This document shows positions 56,744-64,000 of a DNA stretch of 64,000 nt, piece by piece. The notes under the pieces are model-generated. The model did no database searches. It worked only from the letters and a program-made list of their open reading frames with translations, and was not told the origin of the DNA. Source of the DNA: Eledone cirrhosa (Eukaryota); NCBI GenBank assembly GCA_964016885.1, contig CAXHJY010001189.1, positions 95,361 through 159,360 of the forward strand. The letters run 5' to 3'. Numbering within the stretch: position 1 is the first letter of the stretch; every line of letters begins with the position of its first letter. The translations under genes were made by a program, and so were the position numbers.

Positions 56744-57778
56744 ATGGCTAACCAGCAAAAATCCAAACAGAACTGGTCTGATAATGAAATCGACATTCTA
56801 ATAAACACATGGCATTGCCTTACCCAAACAGAAGACATAGATGCTTCATGTCTGAACGACATTGCTAAACGTACAGTTAACCTTTTGAAAACCCGATCTG
56901 AACAACAGATTCAAAATAAATTAAAGCAAATCGAAGTTGCTTTTAAATTAATCAATAAACATTTGGATAAACTACGGTGTGTTTTTTCTTCGGATGCTGT
57001 CCAGCAGCAGCAACAACAACAACAGCAGCAACAACGGCAACAACAACAACAGCTACAACAACAACAGCAACAACAACAACAGAAACAACAACAACGACAA
57101 CAACAACAACAGTGTGAACCACTCCTTGATTCATCAACAATGGCCGATCTACTAAATGAAACTATTGACCTCCCAGTAGCCTCTGTCTCACAGCAGGAAA
57201 CGCCACTTCCTTTCTCTGCCCCAGCAGTCCAATCATCACCACTGCCAACATCTCTGCCTACTACTACTACTACTACTACTACTACAACATCTTTGCCTAC
57301 TGCTATCTCAAGGAATTTACCTTCTTATACCAGTACAAGAACTCTCCCTCCCACAGCCCACAAAGGTCGTCAAATCCTACTCAAACCATCATCTACACCT
57401 CTCACAACACACACACCCACATACCCACCCACTCGAAACCCCATCATTTGCCGCTACTCTCTACGCTATAGAATATGTACGGATAGTGGCTGCAAATTCA
57501 CCCATTTACCTAGGACAAAACGATCTATCCCCACAAACAGCCACCACCATAATACATACTCTAATTTAACACCAACACAACCACCAATAACTCAAACAAG
57601 GAATCCACAAATCTGCCGCTTTTCCCTGCGAGACAGATTGTGTTTACACCGGGATTGTCCCTTTACCCATCTCCCGGGGACCCGTCGGACAAATGAAAAT
57701 AAAAATAAAAACAAAAGCAAAAACAAAAACCATAACCTACATAAAAATAACCACTACCACAGTCACCAAGTCTCCTAA
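56744..57778 (+). CDS. ORF1 of a CR1/L2-group LINE: Myb/SANT-like N-terminus, polyQ, polyT, two CCCH zinc fingers
   Basis: NWSDNEIDILINTW...RSEQQIQNKLKQI; CRYSLRYRICTDSGCKFTH and CRFSLRDRLCLHRDCPFTH (C-x8-C-x4-C-x3-H). Lies directly upstream of APE-RT ORF2. Confidence 0.7.
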   Translation: MANQQKSKQNWSDNEIDILINTWHCLTQTEDIDASCLNDIAKRTVNLLKTRSEQQIQNKLKQIEVAFKLINKHLDKLRCVFSSDAVQQQQQQQQQQQRQQQQQLQQQQQQQQQKQQQRQQQQQCEPLLDSSTMADLLNETIDLPVASVSQQETPLPFSAPAVQSSPLPTSLPTTTTTTTTTTSLPTAISRNLPSYTSTRTLPPTAHKGRQILLKPSSTPLTTHTPTYPPTRNPIICRYSLRYRICTDSGCKFTHLPRTKRSIPTNSHHHNTYSNLTPTQPPITQTRNPQICRFSLRDRLCLHRDCPFTHLPGTRRTNENKNKNKSKNKNHNLHKNNHYHSHQVS

Positions 57779-57880
57779 ACAGGAAACTTCTTCCTCTTTT
57801 TTAGCCATAATGAATCTGGCAAAAGAACTGGAAAAAAACATTCGAGCTATCACCCAGCACCACCCTCCACTATCACCCCA

Positions 57881-60610
57881 GTGCACAAACTCCCATTACT
57901 GCCATTAACAAACAAACAAATTAACAACACACCAAAACAATTAAAACCATCCACTCTCGCCTCAACATTTTTGCTTAACGCCCAAGGCATCAGCCCTTCC
58001 ACCAATACTCAAAAATGGAAGATCAAATTCCTGGAGGACTGGGTTGATGTCCATCCAAACCACATCCCTTTCTTCGTCCTCACTGAAACCCATCTCAGCA
58101 ACCTCCACTTGGAAGCCGAGGTGAAAGTGAAAAATTTCAAAGCCATCCGTGCTGATCGCGCTGGCAGAAGAAAGGGTGGGACTGCCATTTATGTCCATAA
58201 TTCTTTCTCAACAGAGGCTATGAACATATTTACTAATGGATACTGCGAAGCAGTCACTGTATTCAGTCAAACCAACAACCTAATAGTAGTTGGGCTCTAT
58301 AGGCCACCCCAAACGCCTGTACCATGCTTCAAGGAATGCCTCAACAGCATAAAGTGTTTCATCCAAGAGAGTCACCCTGACAACATCTTAATGATGGGGG
58401 ACTTCAACCTCCCCGGAGTTGACTGGTCCACAAACAGCCTGCCATCAGGTTCTTCTGCCTCAACCTCTGACAGGGAAGCAGTGGAATCGCTTCTTGACTT
58501 CATGGATGATTTCTTCCTGTCCCAACTGGTCCTCGAACCAACGAGGTGCCACAAAAACGTCCTAGACTTAATTTTCAGCAATCACACTGACAATATCCAC
58601 AATATTGCAGTGGAGAAAACTCTACTCTCTGATCATGACATGGTTCTCTGTGATCTGAGATTCCGCCGTCCAATATACAAACCCAATATCATCTCTCCTG
58701 TCCTGCCGTTTGACGCTATGGATTTCCACAATGCAAACTGGGAAGCGATCAGTCATGATCTTGCACGTGTCGACTGGTCCTTCACGCACACTCATACACC
58801 CACTAACATCAAAAAGTCCTGGCAGACATTTGTGGACACTGTTACAAACATATGTGCAAAACACACCCCATTAAGAACTATAAACAAATCTAAGAGCAGA
58901 ATTCCTAGAAATAGAAAAACGCTCATCAGGAAAATTAAGAGAACGAACAAAAAAATCAACAAGCTGAAATACTGTCAGCAGCAACACATCAACTTGACTG
59001 CCATTTGATCACTAGAGATTAAAAAACATAACCTCCAATACAATATGATGTCTATCATCAACAATCAGAGAAGAGCTGAAGAGGCCTGGGCCATTGAGAA
59101 AATCAAACTCAATCCCAAAGTGTTCTTTTCATTTGCAAAAAAACACAAAATCACTGGCTCCACTGTTGGCCCTCTAATTGATGAAAATGGCCTCTTCAAG
59201 ACAATGCTAAAACCATGGGTGAGATACTGCAGAAACAATACTGCTCTGTTTTCAGCAATCCTGATATGGCCGATCTGGGCTGTATCGGCGATGTTACTCC
59301 CCATTACACCTTATCGGACATAACGTTTGGTGCCCCTGATGTCTTAGCGGCAATAAAGGAAATCAAGTATAATTCAGCAGTAGGTCCTGATAGGTTCCCT
59401 GCTTGTGTCTTGAAGGCGTGTCAACACCAACTTGCATCTCCTCTTGCCAATCTGTGGCGGAACTCACTGGATGCTGGATATATGCCAGAAAACCTTCTAT
59501 CCCAGTCTGTTGTCCCAGTTTTCAAAAAAGGAAACAAATCCCTTGCCGTGAATTACCGTCCAATCTCACTCACCTCTCATATCATTAAGGTATTTGAGAG
59601 AGTGGTGAGATCGCGAATGACTCACTTGCTTGAGAGTAACAATATGCTGAACTCCAACCAGCATGGATTCCGTAATGGAAGGGATTGCCTGACGCAGCTA
59701 CTGCATCACTTTGATGACATTTTGAGAGCCTTGGGAGAGGGTTCCAACACTGATGTTATCTACCTTGATTTCAGCAAGGCCTTTGACAGGGTTGATCACA
59801 ACATTCTACTGAGAAAGCTGTCCAATATTGGTGTCACTGGAAAGCTGCTGCAGTGGATCAAGAGCTTCCTGTCAAACAGAACCCAACATGTTGTAGTTGA
59901 AGGAGTCAAATCCAGCCCAGCCAAAGTCAGTAGTGGGGTCCCACAAGGCACTGTGTTGGGCCCACTTCTCTTCATCATCTATATTAATGACATCACTGAC
60001 ATCATCAAACACAGCAACATTAGCATTTTCGCTGATGATTCCAAGCTCCAAAAGGTCATTGATGGCGTGGATGACCGGATAAGCCTTCAGTCAGACCTAC
60101 TGGCTGTTACCCAATGGGCGGAAAAGAACAACATGTTACTGAACGAAGACAAATTCGAACTGATCCACTTTGGAAAAGAGGATGCTCTGAAACTCCCATA
60201 CTCCCTTCCCTCCGGTGAAACTCTCGTGGCATCTAACAACATCAGAGACTTGGGAGTAACCGTGGACAGCAACATAAGCTGGGCCACGCATATAAGCAAC
60301 AAAGTTGACATGGCCCGCAGAATGTGTTCCTGGATCCTCAGAGCCTTCCAGTCAAGAGATTCCCACACCATTATCCTTCTCTTCTCTACTTTTGCCCGAC
60401 CACACCTTGAATACTGTTGTCCACTGTGGTCTCCCCACACGAAACAAAGTATCATGAAACTTGAAGCTCCCCAAAGGGCAATCACGAAAAAGATAGATGG
60501 CATGTCAGACCTTGACTACTGGGGTCGACTAGAAAAGCTGAAACTTTACTCACACCAACGTCGCCGTGAGCGTTATATTATCTGCATGATGTGGAAAATG
60601 TTTTACATCA
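57881..60610 (+). mobile_element. CR1/L2-group LINE ORF2 (APE + RT), one stop (59006) and one frameshift (~59190), 3' end truncated
   Basis: LNAQG, LTETHL, RADR...GGTAIY, LYRPP, MGDFNLP, LDLIF, SDHD (APE); NYRPISLTS, QHGFR, YLDFSKAFDRV, SGVPQGTVLGPLLF, FADD, RDLGV, RPHLEYCCPLWSP (CR1-group RT). Confidence 0.93.
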
Positions 60611-61714
60611 ACGTATCACTTAAGACTAGCAGTTTGAAATTGTGGTATACATCAGCAGCTCCGCTTGTATATTTGGGGTCTATATTCTAAGGGGGCTCTT
60701 TTATATTAGTTGTCGGAATTGTAAAAGGGATGGGTTATGGGGAGTTAAGAGAATTTGAAAATGTCCTGAGAGTCAGGGATTGAAGGTTAAAAATTAGATA
60801 ATTTATAATTTACGTATTAAAAGTAAAAGACTTGGGATCTCGTAGAAGCACCTTAAAAAATCCCTCAATAAGTGCATAAAGCTTACAAGCCCCAATAAAT
60901 TTAACAAACTAGAAGAGATTAAGAGACTAATAAAATAAAAAAATAAAGATATAAAGTTTCCCTAAAAACTATAAAGTTTCCCAAGAAGTTCCCTGGAGAG
61001 AAAAAAAATTTCTTTCGAAAGAAAAAAACTTTCTTCCCCAGAGATCTCGTTAAAAAATTTCAGAAAATTTACGAAGTTTTGATAATCCCTACTAAGTTGA
61101 AAGAAACTAATCAATTAAAGGTTAATTCAAAAAGCCTTCAATAAACCCCTCAGAAAAGGCCCCTTTAATATTTTTAATAGGAACCTCCTCCGAGAGACCC
61201 TTCGAAGAATTAAAATTTTAGAGAGCCTTTAAGGATATATATAAACGAATTGGGGAAAATTATAAATTAAAAGTTAAAAATTACGGTATTTGGGATATCC
61301 GAGGAATTTTCAAAGGGCTGCTTCAACAGATACAACTTAGGCATAATAGATAAAATAATTTAAGTAATTTAAGTAATTTAATTAGGGAGCAATTCAAAGA
61401 GCTTATCAAGTTGGGCAAGATTAAAGAAAATTATAAGTAAGAAAATACATAAGCAAAAAAACAATAATTATAAAATATATTTTTAAAAGACAATAATTAT
61501 AAAATGTATTTTTAAGAAGGTATAAGGTAGCTTCAGTAATCTAATAATGTACTATCAAAAAATTATTATAAAATTATCACAAAATTATTATAAAATTATT
61601 ACAAAATTATCATAAAACTATTGATACAGGATTAAAAAAAATCACTATAAAATTATTGATACAGGATTAACAAAGACAGATGTAAATAATGAACTTACAA
61701 TCACATGTTATATG

Positions 61715-61753
61715 CCTTGAAAAGTCCCACCATATGGTCGGACGAAACGGCTA
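61715..61753 (+). ncRNA. Degenerate hammerhead-like motif running into (TA)n
   Basis: TTGAAAA-GTCC-CACCATATGGTC-GGAC-GAAAC-GGCTA. Stem II is intact but the CUGANGA box is altered. Confidence 0.4.
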
Positions 61754-61773
61754 TATATATATATATACATATA

Positions 61774-61836
<63 letters not shown>

Positions 61837-62028
61837 TCAGAGCAAACAGCACGGACACTCTATCTCAAAATTATTTTTGAAAAGCATTTAGAAATGCGCA
61901 ACCGGTAAAAACTTAAAAACTTAAAACCACAACTGAATACTAACCCATACAATCACTAATACTCTTTTATTCCTAATTAAACCATTTTTCAACTGTGAAC
62001 AATTTGTCACCATTTTCTATTCCGTTTA

Positions 62029-62088
<60 letters not shown>

Positions 62089-62163
62089 GTATATATATAT
62101 ATATATATATATTTATAGTATATATATATATATATATAGTATATATATATATATATATATATA

Positions 62164-62205
<42 letters not shown>

Positions 62206-62294
62206 TATATATATATATATAGTATATATATATATATATAGTATATATATATATATAGTATATATATATATATATATATATATAGTATATATAT

Positions 62295-64000
62295 CATCAT
62301 CATCATCATCATCATCATCAGGTTTAGCGTCCGTGTTCCACGCTTGCATGGGTTTGGACGGGGGTTTTCCCACTTGAGGCAAGAGTGGTTGTCTTGCTCG
62401 CATAGGACTGTCTGGCGGGTTTTCTACAGTTGGATGCCCTTCCTAACACCAACCACATTTACAGTGTGGGGCTGGGAGGTTTTTACCGTGTTGCCTACAC
62501 GGCCACATTACAGCGTGGACTGTCTGGCGGGTTTTCTACAGCTGGATGCCCTTCCTAACACCAACCACATTTACAGTGTGGGGCTGGGAGGTTTTTACCG
62601 TGTTGCCTACACGGCCACATTTACAGCGTGGACTGTGTGTTTTTTGTCGTGACACCTACACGATCTCATTTGTTTCGGCCTGGATGTTGTGGGGCCAACA
62701 TAACTTTACATTGAAAGGGGCGGTGTGGGTGGGGTGGAGGTGGAGGTGGTGGGACGGGGGTGTGTTTTGATAGAGGTGCCTACTGACTGTAGTAGGTTTT
62801 TACTTTGTATTTAGGTAAGGCGGGTCTTCTCTATTACTGAGTACCGCCAAAGGTCTCGGTCCAGTGACATTGTCTTGGAGAGGTGTAAGCGTGTGAGGTC
62901 GGAAATTATCAGCTCGTCCCATGTTTTTCTGGGTCTGCCTACTCCGTGGCTACCGACTATCTTTATTGCCCTGCACTTTGTTATACAGCTGTCGTCTTTC
63001 ATGCGCATCACGTGACCGTACCAACGTAGCCTTCTCTCGAGTAAACAACATCTGATCCCTCTTATTTCTAATTTTTTCCTTAGTTCGTTTATGCTTTGCC
63101 GTTCACGTATATTACTATTGCACATCCAGCGGAGCATGCAAGCTTCGTTCCTCTCTAGTCTGCGTATATCCTCTGCACACAATGCCCAGGTCTCACTGCC
63201 ATGCAGCATTGCTGTTCGTATGCAGGCATCGTATAACCTGCCTTTCATTTTTAGGGAGAACCCTCTAGCGGCTAATAGTGGTATAAGCTCTCTGAACTTT
63301 TTCCATCCAGTTCTGACTCTAGCTACTGTACTTTCAGAGCACCCTCCCCCACTGCTGATTTTGTCACCCAGATAACGGAAGCTATCCACTATTTCTATAG
63401 AACCCTCTGCGCAGTTGAAGGAGCTAGTATTTTGTGGGCACTTGCTGCTACTTATTGCACCAGAGCACCGGCCACATGTAAAATCTATGTTCTTAGTTAG
63501 CTTACCTGTGATCCCACTACATCTTTTATGCACCCATACTTTGCATTTGGGACATAAAATGGAGTTTCTACCTACGCCTTTCCTACACACTGAGCATGGC
63601 CATTTCCCCGATGGGACCGCCGCCTTATTTTCTTTCCTACAAACTAGAACTTTAGTCTTAGCCAGGTTAATTTTAAGGCCTTTTGATTCTAGGCCGTGCT
63701 TCCACGTTTGGAATTTCTTCTCTAGTTCGGTCATTGATTCAGCTATGAGCGTTAGATCATCTGCGTATAGGAGTTCCCATGGGCAGCCGGTCTTGAACTC
63801 CTCTGTTATAGCCTGAAGGGCAATAATAAATAGTAGGGGGCTAAGTACAGAGCCCTGATGGACACCAACTTTTACGCTAAACTCTTCACTATATTCGTTG
63901 TTAATTCTAACCTTACTGACTGTTTCTTTATACATGGCTTGTATAGCTCTCACAAGCCATTCGTCAACACCTAGTTTTCTAAGAGACCACCAGATAATGG
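62295..64000 (-). mobile_element. Young RTE LINE, copy 3 (ORF open to the window edge)
   Basis: ORF 62811-63953 is near-identical to copies 1 and 2. The (GAT)n tail abuts (TA)n. Confidence 0.95.

Overview
AT-rich, repeat-dense animal genomic DNA. The Nin-domain and CORE-like SINEs, RTE LINEs with (GAT)n tails and kilobase (TA)n arrays suggest an octopus-like cephalopod (inference). The left half holds two spliced + strand genes that I rebuilt with consistent GT-AG phases. One is RWDD3/RSUME (5 exons, 11176-18366). The other is an ankyrin-repeat/SOCS-box (ASB-family) gene (4 exons, 19353-26351). A minus-strand gene may also start at about 6.7 kb. The right half (about 33-64 kb) is a nest of mobile elements built around (TA)n microsatellites: three young RTE copies, a CRE-clade element, a CR1/L2-group LINE, at least two Penelope-like element (PLE) lineages and a deleted Tc1 element. 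Three signals stand out. (1) About a dozen type I hammerhead ribozyme motifs or half-motifs occur, many in short near-perfect head-to-head fold-back units inserted in (TA)n, and one intact motif lies sense in an ASB intron. (2) A C4HC3 PHD finger sits inside the RTE reverse transcriptase. (3) The CR1-group ORF1 has an unusual Myb/SANT-like + polyQ + 2xCCCH architecture. All calls were made by eye, with no database searches.
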